This document shows positions 39,280 to 50,521 of a DNA stretch of 64,000 nt, one piece after another (within the stretch, counting starts at the first letter, position 1; each line of letters begins with the position of its first letter). This DNA is from Pseudomonadota bacterium (GTDB taxonomy: Bacteria; Pseudomonadota; Gammaproteobacteria; JAKAQQ01): positions 13,970 through 77,969 of the forward strand of contig JAKCBQ010000003.1 of assembly GCA_021839245.1 (NCBI GenBank). The letters run 5' to 3'. Under the pieces are notes generated by a model. That model was given only the letters and a program-made list of their open reading frames with translations. It had not been told where the DNA came from and did not search any database. The position numbers were made by a program, and so were the translations under genes.

Positions 39280-41660
39280 GACGCACCGGCCTCGATCTTG
39301 TCGGCCACCGGGCGCACGTGGACCACCCGGCCGTCCAGCGTCCCCATCTCGAGGAGAGCGGGGCTTCCCACCGGGAGGTGGAGGTGCCCCGGAGGAACAG
39401 CCGGATCCACCGTCACCTCGGCAACAACAGTCCGCTGCCCCCCCTCGTCGCGGATTTCGATCCACGGGTGGGGAGCCGAAACGCCCAAGCGCCGGGCGTC
39501 CTCGGGATTAAGCCCGGTCGTAGCGCCGCGACGGCCGATCGCCGTCTCCTGGAGTGCGGGGGCATGACGAAGCAACGGATCACAGGCATGAGGGGCGCGC
39601 GTGCGAAGCAAGACAAGGCCTTCGGGACGAGAGGTCGAGACCGGCCCGGCCGGGAGGGGTATTGAAGGAAGGCCAGTGCGCGGCGGAGGCAGTGGGCTCC
39701 GAAGCTCCAGAAGAGCGGCGAAATCGTCGGGGAACGACGCCTCGTCACCACCAAGGAGTCGCCCGAGATCGCGAAGGATCTTCCATCCTGCTCTCGCCTC
39801 GCCGGGCGGAGGCACCGACGCATGCGTGTCCTGTACACGCCCCTCGAGATTCATCCAGCCACCGGGTGTCTCGAAGCCGGCGGCGAGTGGGAGAACGACC
39901 GTCGCGTATCGTGCCGATTGCGGCCCGAGATGCGTGGTGACGTGAACCGATTGCCCGCGCGCCAAGGCGGCCAAGGCACGTCCCGGATGGAGAAGGTCGT
40001 ATTCGGGTTGCACTCCAAAAAGAAGGTGCGCCCGTACGGGCGTCGCCCAAGGCGTAAAGGGACGCAACCCATCGCCCCCCGGGAGCACCCCAAGGCGGTG
40101 GAGCCCGCGGGCGTTGGCGCCGGGGGCCACCACGGCGAGACGGGCGCCCGTGGCTTCGGCCAGAAGACGCACCAGGGTTCCGATCGTCTCCGCCGCGGGA
40201 TGCGAAAGTGCAGTTTCCCCGACCAGGATCGTCGCCGGGCCCTCTCCGAGATCACGGGCCACACGCTCGAGCGCCTCTCGGTCGAGAGGGGATCCCCGCG
40301 CCACAAGTTCCACTCCCTCGGGGACCGAACCGCCCTTGAGTTTCTGCGCCGTCACCAGGAGCGCGGCCAGCACCGAAAGAAGCCCCTCCACCCCTAGGGC
40401 CGGATTGATGCGCACCGGATAGTTCCAGGACCAGGCGCACGGATTGAGCGCGTGAACACGCCCGCCCGCCAAGACGGAGCGGCGCACGCGGAGATTGAGT
40501 ACCGGCGCCTCGTGGCGGAGATAGCAACCAAGCATGAGAAACGTCTGCGGCTCCGCAAAGGCGGCCACGCTCTGCCCGAGGGAGGGTTCGGGGAACGTCG
40601 AGACCTGTTCGGAGTCTCGCCAGAGACGGTGATCAAGGCCCGGGACGCCGAGCCGATCGGCCAAACGGGAGAGTAACGCCCCTTCCTCGAGGGACGAGGA
40701 CGGCGACGCCAGAACCGCGACAGACTCAGGGCCGTCGGCGCGCACGGTCTCCGCGAGAAGCGCCGCGGCACGATCCAGAGCCTCGTCCCATCCGGCAGGA
40801 CGAAGTCTCCCTTCTTCGCGCACCAGTGGAACGAGCTGACGACCCCGTTCGAGTCCCAGATAGGAAAATCGATCGCGATCGGCGAGCCAGATCTCGTTGA
40901 TCTCCTCGTTTTCGCGGGGAACGACACGCATCACTTGTCCGCGGAGCGTGTGGGCGTGGAGATGAGAGCCCACCCCGTCGTGGAGCGCAAGACCGGGAAG
41001 CGCCAACATGTCCCAGCTCCGCGCCCGGAAACGGAACGGCTTCGAGTTGAGAGCGCCGACCGGACAAAGATCGATGACATTCGCTGAGACCTCGGAGGTA
41101 AGCGCGCTTTCGAGCGCCGTGCGCACGGCCGAGCGCTCACCCCGGCCGACGATGCCCAGTTCGGGCTCGCCCGCCACCTCGGCGGTAAAGCGGACGCAGC
41201 GTGAGCAGTAGATGCAGCGCGTCATGTCGGTGCTGACGAGAGGCCCAATGTCTTCGTCGGCGACGACCCGCTTGCGCTGCTCGTAGCGGGAGTGCGAGCG
41301 TCCGTAGCCCAGGGCCAGGTCCTGCAGTTCGCATTCCCCTCCCTGATCGCAGACCGGGCAATCGAGGGGATGGTTGATGAGGAGAAATTCCATCGTCGCC
41401 TTCTGCGCGGCGAGCGCGCGCGGCGACTTGGTGTAAACCTTCATCCCGTCGCTCACAGGTGTCGCGCAGGCGGGCAACGGCTTCGGGGCCTTTTCGACTT
41501 CGACAAGGCACATGCGGCAGTTGGCCGCGATGGAGAGTTTGTCGTGGTAACAAAACCGAGGAATGTAGATCCCGTGCTGATCGGCGATCTGCATCACCAT
41601 GGATCCGCGGGGGGCCTCGAAGACTTGGCCGTCGATCTCGATGCGTACCTGGTCGCTCAT
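39276..41660 (-). CDS. nuoG: NADH-quinone oxidoreductase subunit G
   Basis: Starts [26 protein letters not shown]. 2Fe-2S and 4Fe-4S cysteine clusters ([15 protein letters not shown]; [14 protein letters not shown]). Confidence 0.85.
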   Translation of the reverse strand: MSDQVRIEIDGQVFEAPRGSMVMQIADQHGIYIPRFCYHDKLSIAANCRMCLVEVEKAPKPLPACATPVSDGMKVYTKSPRALAAQKATMEFLLINHPLDCPVCDQGGECELQDLALGYGRSHSRYEQRKRVVADEDIGPLVSTDMTRCIYCSRCVRFTAEVAGEPELGIVGRGERSAVRTALESALTSEVSANVIDLCPVGALNSKPFRFRARSWDMLALPGLALHDGVGSHLHAHTLRGQVMRVVPRENEEINEIWLADRDRFSYLGLERGRQLVPLVREEGRLRPAGWDEALDRAAALLAETVRADGPESVAVLASPSSSLEEGALLSRLADRLGVPGLDHRLWRDSEQVSTFPEPSLGQSVAAFAEPQTFLMLGCYLRHEAPVLNLRVRRSVLAGGRVHALNPCAWSWNYPVRINPALGVEGLLSVLAALLVTAQKLKGGSVPEGVELVARGSPLDREALERVARDLGEGPATILVGETALSHPAAETIGTLVRLLAEATGARLAVVAPGANARGLHRLGVLPGGDGLRPFTPWATPVRAHLLFGVQPEYDLLHPGRALAALARGQSVHVTTHLGPQSARYATVVLPLAAGFETPGGWMNLEGRVQDTHASVPPPGEARAGWKILRDLGRLLGGDEASFPDDFAALLELRSPLPPPRTGLPSIPLPAGPVSTSRPEGLVLLRTRAPHACDPLLRHAPALQETAIGRRGATTGLNPEDARRLGVSAPHPWIEIRDEGGQRTVVAEVTVDPAVPPGHLHLPVGSPALLEMGTLDGRVVHVRPVADKIEAGAS

Positions 41661-42982
41661 CCCGCCGCCTCCGTCAAACGTTCGTTCCCGGGAGCCAACG
41701 GGCACCCTCGTTGCTCAATGTGGGCCCGGAATTCGTCTTCGAAATGTTCAAGAAAACTCCGCACCGGCATCGCCGCCGCATCGCCGAGCGCACAAATCGT
41801 GTGCCCCTCGATCTGCCCGGCCACGCTTTTGAGGAGCGCCAGATCCTCCGGACGCCCCTCTCCGCTCTCGATGCGCCGCACGGTCCGATAGAGCCAGCCG
41901 GTACCCTCACGGCACGGCGTGCACTGGCCGCAGGATTCGGCGTAGTAGAAGCGGCTGATCCGTTCGAGAACACGCACCATACAGGCGGTCTCGTCGATGA
42001 CCACAACGGCGCCCGAACCGAGGAGCGAACCGGCGCGCCGGAGCGCATCGTAGTCCATCGTGAGCCCCTCGAGCTTTGAAGCCGGGAGAACCGGAACGGA
42101 GGATCCACCGGGGATGACGGCCTTGAGCCGGCGCCCGCCGCGCACACCACCGGCTTTCGCCAGAAGTTCGGCGAAGGGAATGCCGAGACCAACTTCGTAG
42201 TTCCCGGGCCGCTCGACGTGCCCGCTGACGGAGAAGATCTTGGCTCCCCCCGATCCCTCGCAACCCAGGGACGCGAACCAGGCGCCGCCCCGACGCAGGA
42301 TCACGGGAACCGAAGCAAAGGTTTCCGTGTTGTTGACAGTGGTCGGGCACCCGTAGAGACCGTATTGGGCGGGGAACGGCGGCTTGAACCGCGGGAACCC
42401 TTTCTTGCCCTCGAGCGACTCGAGAAGTGCGGTCTCCTCTCCGCAAATGTATGCTCCGGCCCCGAGATGGGGGTGAACGTCCACATCGATGCCGCTGTCA
42501 AGGATATTGCTGCCCAGGAGACCCGCGGCGTACGCCTCCTCGAGAGCGTCGGTGAAGCGGCGGTAGGGCTCGTCGAGGAACTCGCCGCGCATGTAGTTGT
42601 AGGCGTGGCGGACCCGCATGACGTAGGCGCCAATGGCCAGCCCTTCGATGACGGCGTGGGGATTGAAGCGGAGGATATCGCGATCCTTGCAGGTGCCGGG
42701 CTCGCTCTCGTCGGAATTGCACACGAGGTAGTGCGGACGCGGATCCTGCGGCGAAAGGAATCCCCATTTGATGCCGGTCGGAAACCCCGCCCCGCCCCGC
42801 CCGCGCAGGCCGCTTTTCTTGAGCTCCTCGAGGATCGTCGCCGGATCGGGCTTGTCCCGCAGGATCGTGCGCCAGGCCTGATAGCCGCCCACCGATTCGT
42901 AGGTCGCCCGGGTGTGCGGCTCGTCGTGGCCCAACGTGACAAAGCAGACGGGACCGGGCTCGGGACGCGCGCTGGGGATCAC
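41657..42982 (-). CDS. nuoF: NADH-quinone oxidoreductase subunit F
   Basis: FMN/NADH-binding motifs (GLRGRGGAGFPTG); 4Fe-4S motif (ESCGQCTPCREG). Start is inferred at a GTG abutting the nuoE stop. The longer track ORF N-terminus is low-complexity. Confidence 0.8.
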   Translation of the reverse strand: MIPSARPEPGPVCFVTLGHDEPHTRATYESVGGYQAWRTILRDKPDPATILEELKKSGLRGRGGAGFPTGIKWGFLSPQDPRPHYLVCNSDESEPGTCKDRDILRFNPHAVIEGLAIGAYVMRVRHAYNYMRGEFLDEPYRRFTDALEEAYAAGLLGSNILDSGIDVDVHPHLGAGAYICGEETALLESLEGKKGFPRFKPPFPAQYGLYGCPTTVNNTETFASVPVILRRGGAWFASLGCEGSGGAKIFSVSGHVERPGNYEVGLGIPFAELLAKAGGVRGGRRLKAVIPGGSSVPVLPASKLEGLTMDYDALRRAGSLLGSGAVVVIDETACMVRVLERISRFYYAESCGQCTPCREGTGWLYRTVRRIESGEGRPEDLALLKSVAGQIEGHTICALGDAAAMPVRSFLEHFEDEFRAHIEQRGCPLAPGNERLTEAAG

Positions 42983-43485
42983 GGATAAGACTCCAGAATG
43001 CGGTCCACGTCCTCGACCCGGACCCGCTCGTGGTATTGGTGATCGATCATGAGGGCGGGCGCCGCACAGCACGCCGCCAGGCACTCCTCCTCCTTCTTGA
43101 GGGTGAAACGTCCGTCCGCCGTCGTCTCGCCGCAGCGAATCCCCAGGCGCTTCTCGAGAGCCGCAAGCAGCTCCTCTCCGCCGCACAGATGACACGAGAG
43201 ATTGGTGCACACCGAAATGCTGTGGCGGCCGACAGGATGAAGCTCGTACATGGAGTAGAAGCTCGCCACCTGGGTCACGTCGACAAGCGGAAGCTCGAGA
43301 TAGGCGGCGACCGCCTCGAGCGCTTCTCCGTTGAGCCAGCCGCGTTCCTCCTGAACCAGACGAAGAGCTTCGAGGAGGAGCGAGCGACGACCCGCCTCAC
43401 CGTCAGGGTAGTGAGCCCGGGACCGTTCCAGCGTCCGGCGCACCTCTTCACTGAGACCCCGCTCGGGGACGACGCTCTGATTCAT
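42979..43485 (-). CDS. nuoE: NADH-quinone oxidoreductase subunit E
   Basis: 2Fe-2S thioredoxin-like subunit ([16 protein letters not shown]...[14 protein letters not shown]). Start at [10 protein letters not shown]. Confidence 0.85.
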   Translation of the reverse strand: MNQSVVPERGLSEEVRRTLERSRAHYPDGEAGRRSLLLEALRLVQEERGWLNGEALEAVAAYLELPLVDVTQVASFYSMYELHPVGRHSISVCTNLSCHLCGGEELLAALEKRLGIRCGETTADGRFTLKKEEECLAACCAAPALMIDHQYHERVRVEDVDRILESYP

Positions 43486-44735
43486 CGGTCGATCTCGCCA
43501 AACACAATGTCTTGGGTGCCGATAACCGCAACGAGATCGGCGATCATGTGGCCGCACACCATCATGTCCAGCGCGGCCAGATGGGCAAACCCGGGTGCCC
43601 GGATGCGGAGGCGGTACGGCTTGTTGGCCCCGTCGGAAACGAGATAGATCCCGAACTCGCCTTTGGGATGCTCAACGGCGGCATAGGTTTCACCCTCGGG
43701 GACCGAGTAGCCTTCGCTGAAAAGCTTGAAGTGGTGAATGAGCGCCTCCATGTCGTGTTTCATGACGGCTCGGGGCGGCGGGACGATTTTGTAGTCGTCG
43801 AGATGCACGGGACCGGGGTGTGCGCGCAGCCAGTCGACGCACTGGCGGACCAGGCGGACGGATTGGCGCATCTCGGCCATGCGCACCAGGTAACGGTCGT
43901 AACAATCCCCGTGGCGGCCGACCGGGATTTCGAAATCGAGGTCGGCGTAGACTTCGTAGGGTTGTGTTTTTCTGAGATCCCACGCCACGCCGGAGCCCCT
44001 GAGCATCGGCCCCGTAAACCCGTAGGCGAGCGCGGTCTCCGGATCCACGACACCGATGCCCACCGTCCGCTGTTTCCAGATGCGGTTGTCGGTCAGCAGT
44101 TCCTCGTATTCGTCGACACAGGACGGAAAGCGATCGGCGAAGGCGGCGATGAAATCGAGGAGCGAACCCTCCCGGGCGGCGTTGAGCCGCTTGAGCTCGC
44201 GGCGCGAACGAAAACGACTCGGCTCGTAGCGCGGCATCGTGTCCGGAAGATCACGATGCACCCCACCGGGGCGGTAGTACGTCGCGTGCATGCGCGCACC
44301 CGAGACCGCCTCATACATATCCATGATGTCCTCGCGCTCGCGGAAGCAATAGAGAAAAACGCTCATGGCGCCGATGTCGAGGGCGTGGCTTCCGAGCCAG
44401 AGGAGATGGTTGGTGATGCGGGTAAGCTCGTCGAAAAGAACGCGGATGTACTGGGCGCGGGGCGGGGCCGTGATCCCAAGAAGCCTTTCGATCGCGAGGA
44501 CGTACGCGTGCTCGTTGCACATCATCGAGACGTAATCGAGACGATCCATGTAGCCGATGCTCTGATTGAACGGCTTGGATTCGGCGAGTTTTTCCGTCCC
44601 CCGATGCAGGAGACCAATGTGCGGATCGGCCTTACGAATCACCTCCCCGTCGACTTCGACGACGAGGCGAAGCACCCCGTGGGCGGCGGGGTGCTGCGGC
44701 CCGAAGTTCATCGTGAAATTCTGCAGTTCAGGCAT
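43482..44735 (-). CDS. nuoD: NADH-quinone oxidoreductase subunit D
   Basis: [28 protein letters not shown]...[12 protein letters not shown]. Separate from nuoC. An alternative start 15 nt upstream (44750) is possible. Confidence 0.85.
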   Translation of the reverse strand: MPELQNFTMNFGPQHPAAHGVLRLVVEVDGEVIRKADPHIGLLHRGTEKLAESKPFNQSIGYMDRLDYVSMMCNEHAYVLAIERLLGITAPPRAQYIRVLFDELTRITNHLLWLGSHALDIGAMSVFLYCFREREDIMDMYEAVSGARMHATYYRPGGVHRDLPDTMPRYEPSRFRSRRELKRLNAAREGSLLDFIAAFADRFPSCVDEYEELLTDNRIWKQRTVGIGVVDPETALAYGFTGPMLRGSGVAWDLRKTQPYEVYADLDFEIPVGRHGDCYDRYLVRMAEMRQSVRLVRQCVDWLRAHPGPVHLDDYKIVPPPRAVMKHDMEALIHHFKLFSEGYSVPEGETYAAVEHPKGEFGIYLVSDGANKPYRLRIRAPGFAHLAALDMMVCGHMIADLVAVIGTQDIVFGEIDR

Positions 44736-45423
44736 CCGCGGGGCTTCCATCCGGGCGTTCGGCGATCGGTCGGACGACGCGAGGCACGAGGACGCGGGGT
44801 TCGATCGAGACCGGTTCCTGGATCACGCGCTTCTGTCCGGGGTCGTAGCGCACCTCGACGTGACCGCTGAGGGGAAAGTCTTTACGGAAGGGATGACCCA
44901 CGAACCCGTAGTCGGTGAGGATCCGGCGCAGATCGGGATGGCCCTCAAACACGATGCCGAAGAGATCGAAAACCTCCCGCTCGTACCAGTCGGCGGAAGG
45001 CCACAGCGTCACGCTCGAGGGAAGGATAAGCAGGCCTTCGCGCACCGCGGGGACGATCTTGACACGCAGCCGCCGGTTGCCGCGCACCGAAAGAAGATGC
45101 ACCACGACCTTGAAGCGCGGGCGATCGCCTTCCTGAAGAGCGGGATCGGGGGGCGCGACGAGCACCGCCCGACTGAAACCCACCGACGTCGCCTCGTGGG
45201 TGGTCCACTGCACCTGCCCGTAGCCCAGGTAATCGACGGCGGTGAGATCGACGAGCTGTTCGAAATTCAGGCCCTCTTCGTCCCGCAGGGTTTGGGCCAC
45301 AGCGAGCCACCGGGACTCGGCCACCTCGATCGTCACTTCGTCACGGACCACGGTGGGGGCAGCGAGGTCCGGCAAGACCTCACGAATTCGTGCGACCAGC
45401 GTTTCGGGCGGCGAGGGACGCAC
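44728..45423 (-). CDS. nuoC: NADH-quinone oxidoreductase subunit C
   Basis: 231-aa 30-kDa subunit between nuoB and nuoD. Confidence 0.8.
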   Translation of the reverse strand: MRPSPPETLVARIREVLPDLAAPTVVRDEVTIEVAESRWLAVAQTLRDEEGLNFEQLVDLTAVDYLGYGQVQWTTHEATSVGFSRAVLVAPPDPALQEGDRPRFKVVVHLLSVRGNRRLRVKIVPAVREGLLILPSSVTLWPSADWYEREVFDLFGIVFEGHPDLRRILTDYGFVGHPFRKDFPLSGHVEVRYDPGQKRVIQEPVSIEPRVLVPRVVRPIAERPDGSPADA

Positions 45424-45435
45424 GGAGCAGCCGCC

Positions 45436-45912
45436 TCAGGGGGCGAGCCGCCGGGTGCGGCGGATCTTCTTCTGGAGCTGGATGATGCCGTAGAGAAGCG
45501 CTTCGGCCGTCGGCGGGCACCCGGGCACGTAGACGTCCACGGGCACGATCCTGTCGCATCCACGGACCACCGCGTACGAATAGTGGTAGTAACCGCCGCC
45601 GTTGGCACACGACCCCATCGAAATGACCCAGCGTGGTTCGGGCATCTGGTCATAGAGGCGACGCAATGCCGGCGCCATCTTGTTGACCAGCGTCCCGGCG
45701 ACGATCATGACGTCCGACTGACGAGGGCTCGGGCGGAACACCACCCCGAAACGGTCGAGGTCGTAGCGGGCGGCGCCCGCGTGCATCATCTCGACCGCGC
45801 AACAGGCCAACCCGAACGTCATCGGCCAGAGCGAGCCGGTGCGTGCCCAGTCGACGAGCTTCGCGACGGGCATGAGCACGGCCCCGTAAGGGCGGGCGTC
45901 TTCTATTCCCAC
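45436..45912 (-). CDS. nuoB: NADH-quinone oxidoreductase subunit B
   Basis: [26 protein letters not shown]...[10 protein letters not shown]...PGCPP. GTG start with GGAGG 6 nt upstream, overlapping the nuoA stop. The alternative ATG at 45873 gives an implausibly short N-terminus. Confidence 0.8.
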   Translation of the reverse strand: MGIEDARPYGAVLMPVAKLVDWARTGSLWPMTFGLACCAVEMMHAGAARYDLDRFGVVFRPSPRQSDVMIVAGTLVNKMAPALRRLYDQMPEPRWVISMGSCANGGGYYHYSYAVVRGCDRIVPVDVYVPGCPPTAEALLYGIIQLQKKIRRTRRLAP

Positions 45913-46274
45913 TCGAGACCTCCGCGCCGCCACTCGTACGCAAAACCCACAACGAGAACGGCAAAGAAAACGGCCATCGCGGCGTACGCCGCGGGCCCGA
46001 GCTCGCGCAGCGCCACCGCCCAAGGGAAGAAGAAGGCGATCTCGAGATCGAAAATGATGAAAAGAATCGCGACCAGGTAATAACGCACATCAAAAGGAAT
46101 GCGCGCGTCCTCGAACGCTTCGAAACCGCACTCGTAAGCCGCCCCTTTGACGGGATCGGCGTGACGGGGGGCCAGGATGAACCCGAGGACGAGAAGCGCC
46201 GCGCCCACGACAGCGCCGACGATCAAGAACACAAGCACACCGAAATAGTCGTGGAGCACGTTCGACGAGGACAC
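45903..46274 (-). CDS. nuoA: NADH-quinone oxidoreductase subunit A
   Basis: 123 aa, three TM helices, conserved AYECGFE motif. First gene of the cluster. Confidence 0.85.
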   Translation of the reverse strand: MSSSNVLHDYFGVLVFLIVGAVVGAALLVLGFILAPRHADPVKGAAYECGFEAFEDARIPFDVRYYLVAILFIIFDLEIAFFFPWAVALRELGPAAYAAMAVFFAVLVVGFAYEWRRGGLEWE

Positions 46275-46373
46275 AACAGGAGTCGCATTATTCTAACGCA
46301 GACCGGCGCTCGGAGACATGCGACTGCGGCCCGCGGATACAATGGAGTGCCCGGTTTCCGTGGCCCAAGACGC

Positions 46374-47273
46374 ATGCCCTCCCCGCCTCCATCCCGCCCG
46401 CTCTCCGCTCGCGGCCGCCTGTCGGTGCCCGCTGAGCCCGAGGACGTCCAGTCGCGCCGCGACGATCGGCCTGTTCCCCTGGCCGCCGCCGGCGTGCGCG
46501 GGCTCCGTCTGCCGACCCGGCTCCTCCTGGGCGAGCAGGAGGTGTCGACTCTCGGGACCTACACACTGGCGGTCGGGCTTCCGCCTGGACGCAAAGGCGT
46601 CCACATGTCGCGCCTCGTCGCCTGCGCCCAGGACTGGAGCCGGGGATTCGATCCCTTCCGTCCCGATCTTCTCCTTCGACGTCTGCGCGAGACACAGCCG
46701 GCCCCACGCGCGGAGTTCGCGATCCGCTGCCCGTACCACCGGGAAAAGCGGGCCCCTGTGAGCGGAGTCCCCGGGCTTCTGGAATACGAACTCGGCGTGA
46801 GCGGCCTCCACGAAGAGGGGCGCCCGGAACGCTTGGTCCTCGAGCTGGCGGTGCCGGTCACGACCCTATGCCCGTGCTCGCGCGACATCTCGGAACACGG
46901 GGCCCACAACCAAAGGGCCTGGACGCGGCTGACATTCGTTCTCGATCCCCGCGGGACGCCGCCCCCGCTCGACGATCTCCTCGGCCGCATCGAGGCCGAA
47001 GGTTCCTGCGAGCTCTACACCGTTCTCAAACGCACCGACGAGAAGTACGTGACGGAACGGGCGTACGCGCGGCCCAAATTCAGTGAAGACCTGGCGCGCG
47101 ATCTCGCCCTCGCACTCGACGATCTCCCGGGGCTCGAGCTGCGATCCGTGGATGTCGAAAATCTCGAATCCATCCACGTGCACTCGGCGTTTGCACGCTA
47201 CGAGTCGTCCTCCGTGCCGCCGACGGTCGTGCCGCCTACGGTTCTACCCGACGGCGCTTCAACCGGGAGCTGA
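46374..47273 (+). CDS. folE2: GTP cyclohydrolase FolE2/MptA (type IB)
   Basis: Signature KGVHMSRL and CPCS motifs. Start at the internal ATG (MPSPPPS). The upstream part of the track ORF is antisense to nuoA. Confidence 0.8.
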   Translation: MPSPPPSRPLSARGRLSVPAEPEDVQSRRDDRPVPLAAAGVRGLRLPTRLLLGEQEVSTLGTYTLAVGLPPGRKGVHMSRLVACAQDWSRGFDPFRPDLLLRRLRETQPAPRAEFAIRCPYHREKRAPVSGVPGLLEYELGVSGLHEEGRPERLVLELAVPVTTLCPCSRDISEHGAHNQRAWTRLTFVLDPRGTPPPLDDLLGRIEAEGSCELYTVLKRTDEKYVTERAYARPKFSEDLARDLALALDDLPGLELRSVDVENLESIHVHSAFARYESSSVPPTVVPPTVLPDGASTGS

Positions 47274-48634
47274 GTCCCCTCCGTCCGGGTCGTCGTCTCC
47301 GTCCCCCCGCCGGGGCGCACATCATCCGCGCGGGTGCGCGCCAGACGCGCGATCAGATTGCGCAGAAAAACCTTGGTGAAACGAAGCTGGGTCTCGGTGG
47401 AGGCCTGCTCCATGAGGGTGGCGTTCACTTTCAGAATCTCCACCGGCTCACGCGCCACGATGCTCACCGTGCGTTTCGCCGGCGCCACGTAGCCGATCTC
47501 CCCGAAACAGTCTCCGCTGCGCAGCGTGCCGAGACGGCGGCCACCGCGCTCGACGCTGACCGATCCGCTCACGATCAAAAAGAAACTCTCGTCGACCTGA
47601 CCTTCGCTGACAATGCGGCTTCCCGCCTCGTAACTCACCCACTCACCGGTCTTCAGGATTTCGTAAATTTCCGGGTAATGGAACTCGTTGAAGAACGGCA
47701 GGCGGCGCAGCAGATTGAAGCGCTCGCGCTCCCGCATTTCGCTGCCCACCACCTCGAGATCGCGCGCGGCACGAACCAGGGCGGCGGCGAATTCGTGTCC
47801 GCTCTGGTAACGCCGTTCGGGTTGCTTGGCCAGAGCCCGGGCCACGATGTCGTCGACGGCGATCGGCAACTCAGGGCGGAACTTGCCGAGCGGGGGAGGC
47901 GAGGCATAAACGATCTTGTGGATGAGTTCGCTCATGCCCTCGGCCTCAAAGGGCCGACGACCGACGAGGAGCTCGTAGAGCATGACTCCCAGAGAATAAA
48001 GATCCGTGACCGGATTGGCGGGCCCGCCTTTGAGATGCTCCGGCGCCATGTAGCTCGGAGAGCCCACGAGCCCGCTCTTGCCCGCCGTCGGCGACGCGGA
48101 AGGGGGGGCGTCGACGAGAAGGGCGATCCCGAAATCGATCAGATGAACATCCCCGTCGGGGGTGCGCAGAACATTGCTGGGCTTGACGTCGCGATGGATG
48201 ACCCCCTGACGGTGGGCGTAGTCGAGGGCGCGGGCGATCTTAAAGACGATCTCGATGACGGTGGAGACCGGAAGGAGCCGCTCGGGGGTGGTCCACCTGC
48301 GCAACGCCTCCGCGCCCGGGAAATATTCCATGACGACGTAACAAATCTCGCCCTCTTCGCCCGCGTCGAGAATGTGCGCGATCTGGGGATGGTCGAGTTT
48401 GCCCGCGAGCTGGGCTTCGTTAAAAAAGAGGCGTCTTCGCGCCTCGCGTTTCCGGGCGGGCATATCGGCACCCAGAAGGTAAAGCTTGACGGCCACTTCC
48501 CGGTCGAGGTACGGATCGTGACTGACGAACACACGTCCCGTGCTCCCCGCCCCGAGCTCGCGTCCGAGGACGTATTTGCCGACCCGCGGCGGGACCGCAA
48601 TGGGGGGCGAAGAAGTCGGGGAGCTCTCGTTCAA
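47198..48634 (-). CDS. Ser/Thr protein kinase with a C-terminal cyclic-nucleotide-binding domain
   Basis: Hanks kinase motifs (GxGxxG-like LGAGSTGRV, VAVK, HRDVKPSNVL, DFG, APE). C-terminal cNMP-binding fold (RSGDCFGEIGYVAPAKRTVSIVA). 4-nt overlap with pgpA. Confidence 0.75.
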   Translation of the reverse strand: MNESSPTSSPPIAVPPRVGKYVLGRELGAGSTGRVFVSHDPYLDREVAVKLYLLGADMPARKREARRRLFFNEAQLAGKLDHPQIAHILDAGEEGEICYVVMEYFPGAEALRRWTTPERLLPVSTVIEIVFKIARALDYAHRQGVIHRDVKPSNVLRTPDGDVHLIDFGIALLVDAPPSASPTAGKSGLVGSPSYMAPEHLKGGPANPVTDLYSLGVMLYELLVGRRPFEAEGMSELIHKIVYASPPPLGKFRPELPIAVDDIVARALAKQPERRYQSGHEFAAALVRAARDLEVVGSEMRERERFNLLRRLPFFNEFHYPEIYEILKTGEWVSYEAGSRIVSEGQVDESFFLIVSGSVSVERGGRRLGTLRSGDCFGEIGYVAPAKRTVSIVAREPVEILKVNATLMEQASTETQLRFTKVFLRNLIARLARTRADDVRPGGGTETTTRTEGTQLPVEAPSGRTVGGTTVGGTEDDS

Positions 48635-49098
48635 TGTCGCCTCATCAGAAGAAGCTGGAGCCAGAGAAGGAAGGCGACCGCGACCGCCGCGAGTGCGGCG
48701 GCCGCGAGATCGTCGGCCATGATCCCGAGGCCCCCCTTGAGTTTACGGTCGAGGAAGCCGACGGGCCACGGCTTGAGGATATCGAAAAACCGGAAGGCAA
48801 GGAAGAGAGCGGCCAGCGGGAGGGGTCGGAACGGTACCACGAGGGTGGCGGCGAGGAGAGCCGCGACTTCATCCCAGACCACTTGAGGCGGGTCGGGACG
48901 GCCCAAACGGCGGGCGGCGTGCGCACACAGGGGAACGCCCACAAGCACGGCCAGCGCAGCGATCACCGCGCGGGCCGCAAGGCCAAGCGGCCCTTCGGCC
49001 ACGCGCACGCCGATGGCGAGAAGGCTCCCCCAGGTGCCCGGCGCCCAAGGCAGAAGACCGAGACCGAACCCTGTCGCGGCCAAGGTCCAGACGTCCAT
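48631..49098 (-). CDS. pgpA: phosphatidylglycerophosphatase A
   Basis: MDVWTLAATGFGLGLLPWAPGTWGSL...FFDILKPWPV matches the PgpA family. Confidence 0.75.
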   Translation of the reverse strand: MDVWTLAATGFGLGLLPWAPGTWGSLLAIGVRVAEGPLGLAARAVIAALAVLVGVPLCAHAARRLGRPDPPQVVWDEVAALLAATLVVPFRPLPLAALFLAFRFFDILKPWPVGFLDRKLKGGLGIMADDLAAAALAAVAVAFLLWLQLLLMRRH

Positions 49099-49109
49099 CC
49101 GTCGGCCGT

Positions 49110-50060
49110 TCACGGCGCCCTCCGGGCATGATCGTGCCCGAGAATCTTTGGGAGCGGGACCTCCTCCCCCCCCCGAAAGAGGCGCAATCCCGGCGCTTCC
49201 GTGAGAGAACCCACCCGCGTCAAACGCACGCCGAGCCTCAGGGCTTCCGCCCGGAGGGGCTCATCCTCTTCCGCACGGGCCGTGAAACACAGTTCGTAAT
49301 CGTCACCGCCCGCGAGCGCAAGATCGAGGTCGGCGCGTCGCGCGGAATCCAGCCCGGGCGCAAGAGGCAGAGCCTCGATGTCGATGTCGGCTCCGAGACC
49401 CGCGGCCTCGAGGAGGTGCCCGAGATCGGCCAGAAAGCCGTCGGAGATATCGATGGCTCCCGTCGTCCGGCCCCGGAGGGCGGGGCCGAGACGCCAGGGC
49501 GGGTTGGGCTCGAGATAAGGGGCGAGGAGCGCCCGCTCGCGCACCCCTTGATTCCAGAGCCGCCGGGCGTATCCCCCCGCGCCGAGCACACCGGTGACGA
49601 AAACGCTGTCGCCGCTCCGTCCTCCCCCGCGCGTGAGGGCCGAGCGGGCCGGGAGACTTCCCACCAGGGTCAGGGTGGCCGAACGGGGGCCGCGCGCGGT
49701 GTTTCCGCCGACGAGCGCCACCCCTGCCTCCCGCAACCTCTCCCCGAGACCGCGCGCAAAAGCGCTCAGCCACGAGTCGTCGAATTCCGGAAGCGTCAGC
49801 GCCAGAAGCGCCCAGCGCGGCCCCGCACCCATCGCCCCGAGATCGCTCAGATTCACGGCCACGAGCCTCCGCCCCCAAGCCTCCGGCGGAGCTCCCATCG
49901 GCAGATGGATTCCCTCGACGAGAGCGTCGCAGGTGAAGACGAGATCCTCCCCGTCGGAGGGCACGACCACGGCCCCGTCGTCGCCGATTCCGAGACGCAC
50001 ACTCGGATCATCACCGCCGCAAGGGGCGAAGTGACGCGCGATCAGCTCGAACTCACTCAT
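49110..50060 (-). CDS. thiL: thiamine-monophosphate kinase
   Basis: N-terminus EFELIARHF...GIGDDGAVV...DALVEGIHL is typical of ThiL/AIR-synthase-related proteins. Gene order ribH-nusB-thiL-pgpA is conserved. Confidence 0.8.
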   Translation of the reverse strand: MSEFELIARHFAPCGGDDPSVRLGIGDDGAVVVPSDGEDLVFTCDALVEGIHLPMGAPPEAWGRRLVAVNLSDLGAMGAGPRWALLALTLPEFDDSWLSAFARGLGERLREAGVALVGGNTARGPRSATLTLVGSLPARSALTRGGGRSGDSVFVTGVLGAGGYARRLWNQGVRERALLAPYLEPNPPWRLGPALRGRTTGAIDISDGFLADLGHLLEAAGLGADIDIEALPLAPGLDSARRADLDLALAGGDDYELCFTARAEEDEPLRAEALRLGVRLTRVGSLTEAPGLRLFRGGEEVPLPKILGHDHARRAP

Positions 50061-50521
50061 CCTCGGGCCGCGGGAGGCGCGGTCGAGAGAGTCTGACGGA
50101 CCCGATCGAGAACCGCGTTGATAAAGCGGTGACTGTCGGGGGCGCCGAATTCGCGCGCCAATTCAATGGCCTCGTTGAGAACGACACGACCCGGAATCTC
50201 GGGATGAGCGCGGAGCTCGTGCACGGCCAGAATCAGGATGGCCCGCTCGACGGCATCGACCTGCTCCCAGGGACGATCCAGGGACGGCGCACAGAGGCTA
50301 CGAGCCAGTGCGACGTCGGCCACGGCTCCGGGCAGGACCTCGCGGAAATAACTCTCGTCACCGACTTTGGTGCGACGGAGGAATTCGGCCAGGATCTGGG
50401 GAACGGGCAGAGCCCCCTCGTTCTGCTGCCAGGCGTAAAGGGCCTGGAGGAGGCAACGCCGTGCCTGGTGACGCATCCCACTGGGCGCACGGGCTCGGGA
50501 ACACGGCGGCTCGTCGTTCAC
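50057..50521 (-). CDS. nusB: transcription antitermination factor NusB
   Basis: RRCLLQALYAWQQNE...; size fits; sits after ribH. Confidence 0.8.
   Translation of the reverse strand: MNDEPPCSRARAPSGMRHQARRCLLQALYAWQQNEGALPVPQILAEFLRRTKVGDESYFREVLPGAVADVALARSLCAPSLDRPWEQVDAVERAILILAVHELRAHPEIPGRVVLNEAIELAREFGAPDSHRFINAVLDRVRQTLSTAPPAARG

Noticed and set aside
38140-46080. Further long plus-strand ORFs (475, 452 and 504 aa) opposite nuoH-nuoB
   Set aside because: Same reason as above: they are mirror frames of conserved nuo genes, with no motifs and biased composition.
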